Source: a virus (taxonomy: Duplodnaviria > Heunggongvirae > Uroviricota > Caudoviricetes). From it: DNA of 57,853 bases. The position numbers and the translations under genes were made by a program. The stretch lies in IMG/VR virus record IMGVR_UViG_2663762886_000011; one strand, 5' to 3'. Positions 30,067 to 41,053 of this stretch are shown in pieces. The first letter of the stretch is position 1. The number at the start of each line of letters is the position of its first letter. The notes under the pieces are model-generated. The model did no database searches and was not told the DNA's origin. It saw only the letters and a list, made by a program, of their open reading frames with translations.

Positions 30067-31206
30067 ATGGCTGGAAATACCCTGACCGGGTTGATCCCGA
30101 CTATTTATACCGCCCTGGATGTTGTATCCCGTGAGCAGGTAGGTTTTATCCCTGCGGTAGCAAAAAACGCAAAAGCTGACGCCGCAGCAAAAGATCAGAC
30201 GGTAACCGCGCCAGTTGCGCCTGAGGCGAAAACCGAAGATATCGTACCGGGGCCGTCAGCTCCGAATACCGGTGATCAAAATATTGGCACTGTTGATGTA
30301 AAAATTACTAAATCCAAAATGGCACCGGTTAAATGGAATGGTGAAGAACAACTGGCTCTTGGCCCTTCAGGGACTTACAACACCATTCTGGCTGATCAGT
30401 TCAAGCAGGCTTTTCGCGCCCTTGCAAACGAGGTTGAGGCTGATCTTGGTGCGTTGTATTTCGGTGCTTCCCGCGCCGTGGGAACCGCAGGGACAACGCC
30501 GTTTGGTGTTAAAGATGATCTTTCTGATGCTGCTCTGGCTCGTCAGGTTCTGGAGGATAACGGCGCACCGACAACCGATCTGCAGATGGTGCTTGGCTCC
30601 ACTGCCATTGCTAATTTGCGCGGAAAACAGTCTGTATTGTTTAAAGTGAATGAATCCGGCACTGAACAGCTACTGCGTGAGGGCGTGTTGGGGCGTCTGG
30701 AGGGATTCAATATTCACAGTTCGGCAGGTGTGAAACGAGCGCCAAAGGTTGCTGCAACTGGTTATCTCGTGAATGGAGAGAAAAAAGAAGGCGATGTTCT
30801 TATTTCCATTGATACTGGTTCGGGGAGTATTTCTGCAGGTCAGATTGTTACGTTCGCTGGTGATCCGAATCAGTATGTTGTGGCAGCAGCGACCAGCAAT
30901 CTGATTACTCTTGCAGCGCCCGGACTGCGTCAGGATCTGGCCGATGATACTGCCATCACAGTTGTTGGGGCCTTTACTGCAAATATGGCGTTTGATCGCA
31001 ACGCGTTTCTGCTGGCATCCCGTACTCCGGCAATGCCGGAAGGTGGCGATAATGCTGATGATGTAATGAATGTTACGGACCCGATTTCAGGGATTACGTT
31101 CCAGATTGCACTGTATCGTCAGTATCGCCAGGTGCGCTATGAAGTTGGACTGGCATGGGGTGTTTCATCAGTGAAGCCGGCACATGGTTGTCTGATTCTT
31201 GGTTAA
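30067..31206 (+). CDS. Major capsid protein
   Basis: SD AAGGAA before ATG 30067; about 380 aa; followed by strong hairpin. Confidence 0.65.
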   Translation: MAGNTLTGLIPTIYTALDVVSREQVGFIPAVAKNAKADAAAKDQTVTAPVAPEAKTEDIVPGPSAPNTGDQNIGTVDVKITKSKMAPVKWNGEEQLALGPSGTYNTILADQFKQAFRALANEVEADLGALYFGASRAVGTAGTTPFGVKDDLSDAALARQVLEDNGAPTTDLQMVLGSTAIANLRGKQSVLFKVNESGTEQLLREGVLGRLEGFNIHSSAGVKRAPKVAATGYLVNGEKKEGDVLISIDTGSGSISAGQIVTFAGDPNQYVVAAATSNLITLAAPGLRQDLADDTAITVVGAFTANMAFDRNAFLLASRTPAMPEGGDNADDVMNVTDPISGITFQIALYRQYRQVRYEVGLAWGVSSVKPAHGCLILG

Positions 31207-31248
31207 ACATTCAAACGGGGCTTCGGCCCCATTTTTAATGGGGGGCAT

Positions 31249-31428
31249 ATGGCCGGATTAACTAAAGAGCAAAGAGCACAGCGTGAAGCCGCACAAAAAA
31301 CGCAAATTGAGTTAGTGGTTATGGTGACCGATTATCAGATGTTTCCCGGCGCACCAACTATCGCTAATGTTCATCCTGATGAAGTTGACAACTGGAAGGC
31401 TATGGGCTGGAAAACTCAGGAGTAACAC
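31249..31428 (+). CDS. Small ORF, 59 aa
   Basis: Not in track; ATG after hairpin and G-rich SD-like run; ends at start of next gene. Confidence 0.3.
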
Positions 31429-31824
31429 ATGATCACTTACGTGACCTGTGATGACGTTGATAATGCGTTTGGGAACGCCTGGACGAGTGAGAACGCTAAA
31501 AATAAAGCTGTTTTAATGGCTAATGCCTGGCTTAATGGCTTCAACCTGAAAATTAACCCATCCCGTATTCCGGAAGAGGTAAAACTTGCGGGAGCATATG
31601 CAGCCAGAATTGCCTCATTCGGTAAGTTGTTTCAGCAGAAAAATGATTCTGGCGTTGTTATCAGTAAAGCCGTGTCGGCTGACGGGGTCAGTGTATCGAA
31701 ATCATTTTCTGAGTTGCCAGCAAACAGCACTGCATTGCTTGAACCCGATTTACAGCTTGCGATAGCACTGCTGAAACCGTACGGACTTAGTCGCTCACAA
31801 GTCAGGGTTGTGAGGGGGGGATAA
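31429..31824 (+). CDS. Head-tail connector / head completion protein
   Basis: Position and size in head-tail joining block. Confidence 0.5.
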   Translation: MITYVTCDDVDNAFGNAWTSENAKNKAVLMANAWLNGFNLKINPSRIPEEVKLAGAYAARIASFGKLFQQKNDSGVVISKAVSADGVSVSKSFSELPANSTALLEPDLQLAIALLKPYGLSRSQVRVVRGG

Positions 31825-32207
31825 TGGGGCTTCGTGAAGAGATTCAGTCAGAGGTTGCCGCTGCTTTTGATGAGGATTTAGCGGACGCCGTGAGTGATTT
31901 TTCTGGTTCTTACGTTACGCACCGGCACTGGGATCCTGTGACGGAAACTGGCGGCGAATCCACCGCAATCTATACCGGGCGAGGCGTGTTGACACGTTAT
32001 AAGCTGGGCAGAATTGATGGGATTAATATTTTGCATGGTGACCTTAAATTAACCGCTCTGGTATGCGAGGTTACGGATAAACCAGCTGTCGACCATATTA
32101 TTGAGATTTATGATCCTGTATCAAGGCAGTTACAACGATACGAGGTAATTACAGCAAGTGTAGATCCTTCCGCATCAGTTTACTCTATCCAGTTAAGGAG
32201 AGCGTAA
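31824..32207 (+). CDS. Head-tail joining protein
   Basis: Overlapping start-stop; position. Confidence 0.5.
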   Translation: MGLREEIQSEVAAAFDEDLADAVSDFSGSYVTHRHWDPVTETGGESTAIYTGRGVLTRYKLGRIDGINILHGDLKLTALVCEVTDKPAVDHIIEIYDPVSRQLQRYEVITASVDPSASVYSIQLRRA

Positions 32208-32588
32208 ATGGCAAAGGCATGGGATATAGAACCGTCAATATTTGCCGGGATGATTGAGGAAGATGTAGGGCTGAAGATTCGCTACATCGCTATGCAGATT
32301 CTTACTGCTATTGATATTGCTGCTCCGGTTGATACCGGACGTTTCAGAAATAACAACCTGGTGTCGTTACAGCATCCCGATTTTGGTATATCTGATAACG
32401 TGGATCCGAACGGTACGATTGCTGTTCAGCGTGGGATCGGGGTTATTTCGAAAGCTGCAAATTACGGGGTTATTTATATCCAGAATAACCTTCCTTATGC
32501 AGAGGCTCTTGAAAACGGTCATTCACAACAAGCGCCAACTGGCGTGTATGCCAACGCTTTTCATGGTGTTTTACAGGCTTACAAATGA
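32208..32588 (+). CDS. Tail component (HK97 gp10-like)
   Basis: Position; size. Confidence 0.5.
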   Translation: MAKAWDIEPSIFAGMIEEDVGLKIRYIAMQILTAIDIAAPVDTGRFRNNNLVSLQHPDFGISDNVDPNGTIAVQRGIGVISKAANYGVIYIQNNLPYAEALENGHSQQAPTGVYANAFHGVLQAYK

Positions 32589-32977
32589 AGTTTACTGAAA
32601 TCAGAAATACGGTTATTTCCAGAATGACGGCACAGACGATTATTGATGGAAAAGACGTATTGTATCCGAACGGGCCAACGTTCGATCCTTCCGGTAAGTT
32701 AATCTGGGCGCGGTTAAGTAATATTCCCGGGCAGGCTGGAGTTAATGAAATTGGCGCGGGGCCGGTTGTTTATCGCACGGGGATAATCATTATTCAGTTA
32801 TTTGTCCCCGCAGGTTCTGGTTCAAAACTCATTACTGAGACAGCCGATAAATTGCGGGAACTGTTTGAGTTTCAGGATGACGATCGTCTCAGTTACCAGG
32901 CTGTTTCCTCAATAGCCGTTGGCGAAAAGAATGGCTGGTTCCAGCTTAATCTTCAAATTCCATATCGCGCGCTCTAG
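32585..32977 (+). CDS. Tail completion protein
   Basis: Position before major tail protein. Confidence 0.5.
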   Translation: MKFTEIRNTVISRMTAQTIIDGKDVLYPNGPTFDPSGKLIWARLSNIPGQAGVNEIGAGPVVYRTGIIIIQLFVPAGSGSKLITETADKLRELFEFQDDDRLSYQAVSSIAVGEKNGWFQLNLQIPYRAL

Positions 32978-33003
32978 CGCAATTAATGACATAGGAGGCT
33001 CCT

Positions 33004-33966
33004 GTGAGTTCAGGTGCAAAGGTTATCTCGGCATTTATCCGGGAGACGGTTGCAGGCACTACGCCAGCAAGTGGTGACTGGAGTTTATTAAAACGCACAA
33101 GCTGGGGAGTAAAACCCACCCAGAATAAAGGCGAAAATAATGAGATTGGTGGCTCCCGGATGGCTCAGGGGGCGACGCCTGGCACTGTGGATGTCGGCGG
33201 TGATGTTGGTACCAAATTTCGCTGGGGTCAACATGATGATTTTCTTGCATCCTGTTTCGGCGCGGAATGGTCAGGCGATTCTCTGACAATGGGGAATGAG
33301 CGAATAACATTTTCTCTGGCGACCTATGCGTCCGATGTCGGAATTGCCTCTGTCGTCAGAGGAGCGCAGGTTGGCTCATGGAAAATGCAGATCCCTAACG
33401 ACGGCGATATTACAGCGACCGTAACCTTTGCCGGACTGGACTGGGAATCAAAGGCCGATGATACGAATTTTATCAAAGGCGAACCTGTGGATAGTGCAGG
33501 AAAGCTACGTTATTCGTTTAAGGAGGTTTCAGCAGTAAGCCTGAATGGTGTTGCCGGAGGTAACGGTTTTTGTATCGACAGTTTTGATATTCAGTTCGAT
33601 AACAAACTCCAGACACAGCGTTGTATCGGGACTGGCTCGCCTTATGCAGGAGCAAATATTCCGACTACTTTTACACCGTCCGGTACGGTGACGCTTTCAT
33701 GGTCTAAAGCCGCGTGGGAAATCTGGAGTAAAACACTGACTGGAGAAACAGTTCCGTTCAGCTTCACGCTTTCGAATGGAGAGGGGGCATACACTTTCAG
33801 TTTCCCGAAGGTTCAGGTGTCAGGTGAATGGCCTGATGGGGGTAATAGCGACATTATCCAGGTTCAATTGAGCATTACCGCAGCAGATGAAGCACCTACG
33901 ATAACCAGAAAAAAAAATTCCCCGGCTGCCGTGATCGCAAAAGCCAGTGCTGAGGCGATTAGTTGA
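33004..33966 (+). CDS. Major tail protein
   Basis: 320-aa Gly/Thr/Ser-rich protein upstream of tail chaperone and tape measure. Confidence 0.6.
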   Translation: MSSGAKVISAFIRETVAGTTPASGDWSLLKRTSWGVKPTQNKGENNEIGGSRMAQGATPGTVDVGGDVGTKFRWGQHDDFLASCFGAEWSGDSLTMGNERITFSLATYASDVGIASVVRGAQVGSWKMQIPNDGDITATVTFAGLDWESKADDTNFIKGEPVDSAGKLRYSFKEVSAVSLNGVAGGNGFCIDSFDIQFDNKLQTQRCIGTGSPYAGANIPTTFTPSGTVTLSWSKAAWEIWSKTLTGETVPFSFTLSNGEGAYTFSFPKVQVSGEWPDGGNSDIIQVQLSITAADEAPTITRKKNSPAAVIAKASAEAIS

Positions 33967-34014
33967 TTTTCCGTTATTCCTCCTGTGGTACTGCCCTACA
34001 GGGGGACGCATTGA

Positions 34015-34476
34015 ATGAGGTTATGGATGTTTATTCTTAATCAGAAAATTATCATTGGTGGAGAACGCTGGTTTACGCCAATGAAGGACTTAAAACCTGT
34101 AGACGGGTTAAAACTGTTGGTGGCAAGCAGCGATAACGATCAGTATCGCTCCCGTAATGCATTAATCCGTCGCCACATTGAGAAAATGGATGCCAGTTTG
34201 CACGTCGGAACGAAGGAGTTTGATATTTCAAAGGTTTCCGAGGTGGATTCTGTTGATGATTTACTCATTGATAATGCCGCTCGTTATCTGCTGAAAGACT
34301 GGAAAGGGGTTGGTGAACTGGTTAATGGTGTTGAGGTTGCACTGGAATATACGGCAGAACGAGGGATCGCGCTGCTTAAGCAGAATCCAGAGTTGTACTG
34401 GCAGATCCTTGCAGAAGCAGCCAGCATCGCCCAGGGTAAAGAGCAGCAGAAGCAGGATACGATAAAAAAGCCATAG
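34015..34476 (+). CDS. Tail assembly chaperone (G-like)
   Basis: Precedes tape measure; ends with slippery A AAA AAG. Confidence 0.65.
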   Translation: MRLWMFILNQKIIIGGERWFTPMKDLKPVDGLKLLVASSDNDQYRSRNALIRRHIEKMDASLHVGTKEFDISKVSEVDSVDDLLIDNAARYLLKDWKGVGELVNGVEVALEYTAERGIALLKQNPELYWQILAEAASIAQGKEQQKQDTIKKP

Positions 34477-34784
34477 CTGCCCAGCGGTGGTTATCGGAGT
34501 TCGGGGGAGAAAGGGGGGAAAAGGCAAGATGGAAGCGAGAAAAACTCAGGTTGCCACCGATACCGGAACCAGAAATAGACCCGGTGCTTAAGGAGTTGTT
34601 GTACGCCTATTCGGTAATATCCCGTGCCCGACGTTATGCTGGAATGGCTGGGGTGCCTTTGCCTTTATCTCTGACAGAGATAAATGAATATTTAGCCACT
34701 CATCCGGTATTGATTGAGCGCGATGAATTTGAAGCAGTGATCTTTGCACTGGATGACCAGTATTTTCAGGAGCAGTGTGTGTAG
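34015..34784 (+). CDS. Tail assembly chaperone -1 frameshift product (G-T-like)
   Basis: Slippery heptamer A AAA AAG at 34464-34470; the -1 frame is open to 34784. Confidence 0.55.
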
Positions 34785-34949
34785 TTGTTAATTACGTACA
34801 CTCTGTTACAGAGATGTGATGGTGTCTTTAATTAAATCGATGATGCTCCTGGAGAAAAGCATTGCGTGGCCTCGTAATCGCTATATCTACTATTATGTCG
34901 CCTGAAACCCACTTCGCGGTGGGTTTTTTGTTGTCAGGAGTTTTAATAA

Positions 34950-37900
34950 ATGGCAGAGCAAACCTCGCGTCTCGCAATAATTATTGATAGCACTGGAGCG
35001 AAAAATAATGCTGACAATCTGACCTCCTCATTAGTCAAAATGACGCAGGCTGGGGAAACTGCTGCAAATAGCGCAGGGAAAGTGACTAAGGCAACAGAAG
35101 ATGAGAAGAACGCGCTCGCAAAATTAAAAGCAGCTATTGATCCAGTTGGTGCCGCAATTGATACTGTCGGTCGACGCTATTCTGAATTAAAGAAATTTTT
35201 CGATAAAGGGCTTATTGATAAAGAAGAATATGAATTTCTTGTCCGTAAACTTAATGAAACCACAGAGGAATTGAGCGGGGTTGCGCAAGCGCAGAGAGAA
35301 GCCGAGAAGGCCGGAAAACTTGCTGCCGCCCAGCAGGAAGCGCAGGCTCAGGCCTTTCAAAGAATGCTGGACAAGATCGACCCTCTGGCTGCGGCGCTAA
35401 GAAATCTTGAACAACAGCATGATGAACTTAATGCTGCGTTTGCATCCGGGAAAATAAATGGTTCTCAGTTTGAGAATTATAGCCGAAAAATACAGGAAAC
35501 ACGGCGAGAGCTTACCGGAGAGGCTCAGGCAGAGCGAGAAGCAGCAAAAGCGCATGATGAACAGGTTGTTGCTTTGCAACGTCTGATTGCTCAACTTGAT
35601 CCTGTCGGAACTGCTTTTAATCGTCTGGTAGAACAACAGAAACAGCTCAATGAAGCAAAAGCTAAGGGGATGCTTTCTCCTGAAATGTATGAGGAGCTTT
35701 CTGGAAAACTTCGTGCTATGCGGAGTGAGCTTGAGGTTACTCAATCACAATTAAGCAAAACCGGAATGTCGGCAAAACAAACGGCTTTTGCTATGCGCAT
35801 GTTGCCTGTACAAATGACGGATATTGTTGTTGGGTTGTCCACTGGTCAGTCGCCATTTATGGTGTTAATGCAGCAGGGCGGCCAGCTAAAAGATATGTTC
35901 GGTGGGATTGGCCCGGCGATCAAAGGTGTAGGTTCTTATGTGCTGGGATTAATTAATCCTTTTACCCTGGCCGCAGCAGCCGTTGGGGTCTTAGGACTGG
36001 CTTACTATAAAGGCTCTCAGGAGCAGGACGAATTTAATAAATCTCTTATTCTTACCGGAAATCAGTTGGGGACAACCAGCGGGCAATTGGGCGATATAGC
36101 TCAACGTGCCGGGAATGCGGCTGATTCGACAACTGGTGCTGCGGCGGCAGTATTAAATCAGCTTGTGCGTTCGGGAAAGGTAGCGAGCAGTTCGCTGGAG
36201 CAAGTGACGACAGCGATAGTAAAAACGAGCGAAGTAACAGGAATATCAACCGAACAACTGGTTAATGACTTCAATGAAATTGCAAAGGATCCTGTCAGTG
36301 CCATATCAAAACTTAATGATCAGTACCATTTTCTGACACTTGCGACTTATAACCAGATTAAGGCGCTACAGGATGAAGGGAACCAGCAGGAGGCCGCCCG
36401 CATTGCGACAGAAGAATACTCATCCTCAATGATCCAGCGCACCAACCAGATTAAAGAAAATCTTGGTTATCTTGAGACTGCATGGAAAGCTGTCGCAGAC
36501 TCCGCAAAATGGGCATGGGATTCCATGCTGGATATTGGCCGTGAGGCCTCCCTTGATCAAAAAATCTCAGATGTTCTCCGTCAAATTGATGAAATAGAAA
36601 AAAATACCCGACCCGGAGTTTTCGGGTTAGGTGGCATTGGAGATGGCGGAGCTCAAAATAAAAGGCTGGCACGATTAAAGCAGCAATTGGGCGTACTTCA
36701 AGCAGAAAAAATTGCTCAGGACGTACTAAATTCATCAATAAACGATTACAACAAGCGACAACAGGAAGGAATTGAACTCAGACAGAGAGCAGATGCCTTT
36801 TCAAAACAATATCAGACCCGGGAGCAGCAGAGAGCTAGTGAACTTGCAAAACTGGAAAAGCTAAAGAATCAGTATTCAAAGGAAGAATATAATAATCTTA
36901 TCGCTCAAATAAATGAGCGTTATAAAGATCCAAAGCAACCAAAGGCGAAAGGTTATTCTGATGATGCAGCCCAACGAATGATTGATCATCTGAATCAACA
37001 GAATGCGTTACTAAGTTCACAAGCTGAGTTGACCGTTAAATTAAGTTCCTCTGAACAGGAACTGGTTAAGTGGCGTCAGCGGATTGCCGACCTAGAGTCA
37101 CGACCATCATCGAAATTAACCCAGGATCAGAAATCGCTTCTCTTACACCGGGAAGAAATAACCACGTTGATGGAGAAAAATGTTGCGATTGAAAAAAATA
37201 ACAGGCTAATCAAGGAATCCGCCGAAATAACAGCATGGCGTGATTCATTGCAGGCTTCGATTGATAATCGTCAGCAGGGGTATGATATTCAGATTGCTGG
37301 TTATGGGGTTGGCGATAAAAATCAGCAACGCCAGCAGGAATTACTGCGGATTGAACATGGATATAACAATCAGCGTCTGCAACTTGAACGTGACTATGCA
37401 GATAAATCCCGTGGAATGTCAGATCATGTTTTTCAAGAGAAAATGCAGGCTCTGAATGATGCTCTGGAACGGGAAAAAGAAATTGTCAGACAGAAAAACG
37501 AGCAGCTCGATATTCAGGCAGGAGACTGGGTTAGTGGTGCCTCCCAGGGATTCAATAACTGGCTGGATGACACTAAGGATATCAGTGAGCAGATAAAATC
37601 AACCACGACTCAGATGTTTGATGGGATGACCGATGCGCTGGGTGATTTTGTCACGACAGGCAAGGCAAATTTTCGTTCTTTCGCTACTTCCGTGATTTCG
37701 GATCTTAGTCGAATAGCATTAAAGGCTTCAATTACTGGGATTTTCGACAGCATTAGTAACAGTTCTTCTGGGGGGATTTTAGGAACTATCGGGAGTGCTA
37801 TTAGTAAATTTATTCCGAATGCAAAGGGCGGTGTTTATGAGTCTCCGTCATTGAGCACGTATTCGAACGGTATTTATGATTCCCCGCAATTTTTTGCTTT

Positions 37901-38183
37901 TGCAAAAGGGGCTGGTGTTTTTGGTGAGGCTGGACCGGAAGCCATTATGCCATTAACACGAACTTCCGATGGTTCTCTTGGTGTCAGAGCTATTAATAGT
38001 AAAAGTGGTAATGGAGGCGGAGATATTACCTATGCCCCTGTATACCAAATCACTATTCAAAATGACGGCCAGAATGGAGAGATTGGCCCTCAGGCAATAA
38101 AAGCACTTATGGGGATGGTTGATCAGCGGGTGCAGGGCAATCTGTTAAATATGCGACGTGATGGGGGAATGTTAAGTGGCTAA
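34950..38183 (+). CDS. Tail tape measure protein, 1077 aa
   Basis: Long coiled-coil-rich ORF between chaperone and M/L/K genes. Confidence 0.85.
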   Translation: MAEQTSRLAIIIDSTGAKNNADNLTSSLVKMTQAGETAANSAGKVTKATEDEKNALAKLKAAIDPVGAAIDTVGRRYSELKKFFDKGLIDKEEYEFLVRKLNETTEELSGVAQAQREAEKAGKLAAAQQEAQAQAFQRMLDKIDPLAAALRNLEQQHDELNAAFASGKINGSQFENYSRKIQETRRELTGEAQAEREAAKAHDEQVVALQRLIAQLDPVGTAFNRLVEQQKQLNEAKAKGMLSPEMYEELSGKLRAMRSELEVTQSQLSKTGMSAKQTAFAMRMLPVQMTDIVVGLSTGQSPFMVLMQQGGQLKDMFGGIGPAIKGVGSYVLGLINPFTLAAAAVGVLGLAYYKGSQEQDEFNKSLILTGNQLGTTSGQLGDIAQRAGNAADSTTGAAAAVLNQLVRSGKVASSSLEQVTTAIVKTSEVTGISTEQLVNDFNEIAKDPVSAISKLNDQYHFLTLATYNQIKALQDEGNQQEAARIATEEYSSSMIQRTNQIKENLGYLETAWKAVADSAKWAWDSMLDIGREASLDQKISDVLRQIDEIEKNTRPGVFGLGGIGDGGAQNKRLARLKQQLGVLQAEKIAQDVLNSSINDYNKRQQEGIELRQRADAFSKQYQTREQQRASELAKLEKLKNQYSKEEYNNLIAQINERYKDPKQPKAKGYSDDAAQRMIDHLNQQNALLSSQAELTVKLSSSEQELVKWRQRIADLESRPSSKLTQDQKSLLLHREEITTLMEKNVAIEKNNRLIKESAEITAWRDSLQASIDNRQQGYDIQIAGYGVGDKNQQRQQELLRIEHGYNNQRLQLERDYADKSRGMSDHVFQEKMQALNDALEREKEIVRQKNEQLDIQAGDWVSGASQGFNNWLDDTKDISEQIKSTTTQMFDGMTDALGDFVTTGKANFRSFATSVISDLSRIALKASITGIFDSISNSSSGGILGTIGSAISKFIPNAKGGVYESPSLSTYSNGIYDSPQFFAFAKGAGVFGEAGPEAIMPLTRTSDGSLGVRAINSKSGNGGGDITYAPVYQITIQNDGQNGEIGPQAIKALMGMVDQRVQGNLLNMRRDGGMLSG

Positions 38184-38514
38184 TACGGAAGAATTTCACT
38201 GGTTACCAGAGGATGGAATGAAAACAGAAAATAAACCATCGATAAAAACTGTAAGATTTGGTGATGGTTATGAGCAACGAAGTCCAAATGGACTTAATCA
38301 TTCTCTGCGCGTTTTCACCTGTGATTTCAAAGTTGAGGCGAATGAACGTGATTCATTTGAAAAATTTTTAGCCCGGCATGAAGGCTATAAATCTTTTTTT
38401 TGGCGCCCGCCGGGTATTAACAGAAAAATCAGAGTGGTGTGTCGAACGTGGTCAGCGACAGAACATATCACCTATACCGATTTTTCGTGTCAGTTTGACG
38501 AAGTGGTGATCTGA
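38176..38514 (+). CDS. Minor tail protein M-like, 112 aa
   Basis: Shares VRFGDGY...FLW.PP pattern with lambda M but otherwise divergent. Confidence 0.75.
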   Translation: MANTEEFHWLPEDGMKTENKPSIKTVRFGDGYEQRSPNGLNHSLRVFTCDFKVEANERDSFEKFLARHEGYKSFFWRPPGINRKIRVVCRTWSATEHITYTDFSCQFDEVVI

Positions 38515-39212
38515 TGCAGGACATACAACAGGAAACGCTGAATGAATGCATTCGTGCGGAGCAGTCGGCCAGCGTGGTGCTCTGGGAAATCGACCTGACC
38601 GAGGTAGGCGGGGATCGCTACTTTTTCTGCAATGAGCAGAACGAGAAAGGAGAGTCTGTCACCTGGCAGAGTCGGCAGTATCAGGCCTATCCCATTCAGG
38701 GGAGTGGATTTGAGATGAACGGCAAAGGTGCCAGTGCAAGGCCAACGCTGAAAGTCTCTAATCTGCACGGCATGGTCACCGGGATGGCGGAAGACCTGCA
38801 GAGTCTGGTCGGCGGAACGGTGGTCAGGCGTAAGGTTTACGCCCGTTTTCTGGATGCGGTGAACTTCGTCAACGGAAACAGTGACGCCGATCCGGAGCAG
38901 GAGGTGATCAGCCGCTGGCGTATTGAGCAGTGCAGCGAACTGAGCGCGGTCAGTGCCTCCTTTGTACTGTCCACGCCGACGGAAACGGACGGCGCTGTTT
39001 TTCCGGGGCGCATCATGCTTGCTAATACCTGCACCTGGACCTATCGCGGTGATGAGTGCGGTTATCACGGTCCGGCTGTCGCGGATGAATATGACCAGCC
39101 AACGTCCGACATCACGAAGGATAAATGCAGCAAATGCCTGAGCGGTTGTAAGTTCCGCAATAACGTCGGCAACTTTGGCGGCTTCCTTTCCATTAACAAA
39201 CTTTCGCAGTAA
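38514..39212 (+). CDS. Minor tail protein L, 232 aa
   Basis: Nearly identical to the L copy at 55382-56080. Confidence 0.85.
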   Translation: MQDIQQETLNECIRAEQSASVVLWEIDLTEVGGDRYFFCNEQNEKGESVTWQSRQYQAYPIQGSGFEMNGKGASARPTLKVSNLHGMVTGMAEDLQSLVGGTVVRRKVYARFLDAVNFVNGNSDADPEQEVISRWRIEQCSELSAVSASFVLSTPTETDGAVFPGRIMLANTCTWTYRGDECGYHGPAVADEYDQPTSDITKDKCSKCLSGCKFRNNVGNFGGFLSINKLSQ

Positions 39213-39968
39213 ATCCCATGACAGAGACAGAATCAGCGATTCTGGCGCACGCCCGGCGATGTGCGCCAGCGGAGTCGTGCGGCTTCGTGGTGAGAACACC
39301 GGAGGGGGAAAGATATTTTCCCTGCGTGAATATTTCCGGTGAGCCGGAGGAGTATTTCCGGATGGCTCCGGAGGACTGGCTGCAGGCAGAGATGCAGGGT
39401 GAGATTGTGGCGCTGGTCCACAGCCACCCCGGTGGTCTGCCCTGGCTGAGTGAGGCCGACCGGCGGCTGCAGGTGCAGAGTGATTTGTCGTGGTGGCTGG
39501 TCTGCCGCGGGGCGATTCACAAGTTCCGCTGTGTGCCGCATCTCACCGGGCGGCGCTTTGAGCACGGGGTGACGGACTGTTACACGCTGTTCCGGGACGC
39601 TTACCATCTGGCGGGAATTGAGATGCCAGATTTTCATCGTGAGGACGACTGGTGGCGTAATGGTCAGAATCTCTATCTGGATAATCTGGAGGCTACAGGG
39701 CTGTATCAGGTGCCGTTGTCAACGGCGCAGCCGGGCGATGTGCTGCTGTGCTGTTTTGGTTCATCGGTGCCGAATCATGCCGCCATTTACTGTGGTGACG
39801 GCGAGCTGCTGCACCATATTCCTGAACAACTGAGTAAACGAGAGAGGTACACCGACAAATGGCAGCGACGCACACACTCCCTCTGGCGTCACCGGGCATG
39901 GCACGCATCTGCCTTTACGGGGATTTGCAGCGATTTGGCCGCCGCATCGACCTTCGTGTGAAAACGGG
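38790..39968 (+). repeat. Near-identical repeat of L-K region shared with second prophage
   Basis: From about codon 92 of L onward the two L proteins are identical and K is near-identical. Confidence 0.7.
39218..39961 (+). CDS. Tail tip assembly protein K (JAMM/MPN plus NlpC/P60-like)
   Basis: HSHPGGLPWLSEAD JAMM-like motif; 3' end runs into the N-gap. Confidence 0.8.
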   Translation: MTETESAILAHARRCAPAESCGFVVRTPEGERYFPCVNISGEPEEYFRMAPEDWLQAEMQGEIVALVHSHPGGLPWLSEADRRLQVQSDLSWWLVCRGAIHKFRCVPHLTGRRFEHGVTDCYTLFRDAYHLAGIEMPDFHREDDWWRNGQNLYLDNLEATGLYQVPLSTAQPGDVLLCCFGSSVPNHAAIYCGDGELLHHIPEQLSKRERYTDKWQRRTHSLWRHRAWHASAFTGICSDLAAASTFV

Positions 39969-39977
39969 NNNNNNNNN
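39969..39977. other. Assembly gap (9 N)
   Basis: Run of n characters. Confidence 1.
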
Positions 39978-40874
39978 GCACGCGCCCTTATTGCCCGGGG
40001 ATGGGGAGTAAGCTTAGTCAGCCGTTGTCTCCGGGTGTCGCGTGCGCAGTTGCACGTCATTCTCAGACGAACCGATGACTGGATGGATGGCCGCCGCAGT
40101 CGTCACACTGATGATACGGATGTGCTTCTCCGTATACACCATGTTATCGGAGAGCTGCCCACGTATGGTTATCGTCGGGTATGGGCGCTGCTTCGCAGAC
40201 AGGCAGAACTTGATGGTATGCCTGCGATCAATGCCAAACGTGTTTACCGGATCATGCGCCAGAATGCGCTGTTGCTTGAGCGAAAACCTGCTGTACCGCC
40301 ATCGAAACGGGCACATACAGGCAGAGTGGCCGTGAAAGAAAGCAATCAGCGATGGTGCTCTGACGGGTTCGAGTTCTGCTGTGATAACGGAGAGAGACTG
40401 CGTGTCACGTTCGCGCTGGACTGCTGTGATCGTGAGGCACTGCACTGGGCGGTGACTACCGGCGGCTTCAACAGTGAAACAGTACAGGACGTCATGCTGG
40501 GAGCGGTGGAACGCCGCTTCGGCAACGATCTTCCGTCGTCTCCAGTGGAGTGGCTGACGGATAATGGTTCATGCTACCGGGCTAATGAAACACGCCAGTT
40601 CGCCCGGATGTTGGGACTTGAACCGAAGAACACGGCGGTGCGGAGTCCGGAGAGTAACGGAATAGCAGAGAGCTTCGTGAAAACGATAAAGCGTGACTAC
40701 ATCAGTATCATGCCCAAACCAGACGGGTTAACGGCAGCAAAGAACCTTGCAGAGGCGTTCGAGCATTATAACGAATGGCATCCGCATAGTGCGCTGGGTT
40801 ATCGCTCGCCACGGGAATATCTGCGGCAGCGGGCTTGTAATGGGTTAAGTGATAACAGATGTCTGGAAATATAG
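39978..40874 (+). CDS. insD: IS2 transposase InsD, N-terminally incomplete
   Basis: See IS2 fragment; ORF continues from the gap to CLEI stop. Confidence 0.85.
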
Positions 40875-40884
40875 GGGCAAATCC
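39978..40884 (+). mobile_element. IS2 fragment (3' part, truncated by the gap)
   Basis: Translation from [27 protein letters not shown]... matches IS2 InsD; terminal sequence GGGGCAAATCCA at about 40873-40884. Confidence 0.85.
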
Positions 40885-41053
40885 AATCGTCGCCGTATTC
40901 CCGTATTAACAGAGACCGTAGCCCGACGGGGAACTCCTTCTGCGCGAGTGTGCGGGAATAATCAAAAACGATGCACACCGGGGTTACCGGGTACACATAT
41001 TTCATCATGCCAGCGAGTCCGGTTCTGGCACGGAAGAAACCGGACGTTATGAT

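Noticed and set aside
40885-41053. Possible gene or att site immediately right of IS2
   Set aside because: Only short GC-rich sequence with a small hairpin; no ORF or recognisable site; insufficient evidence.
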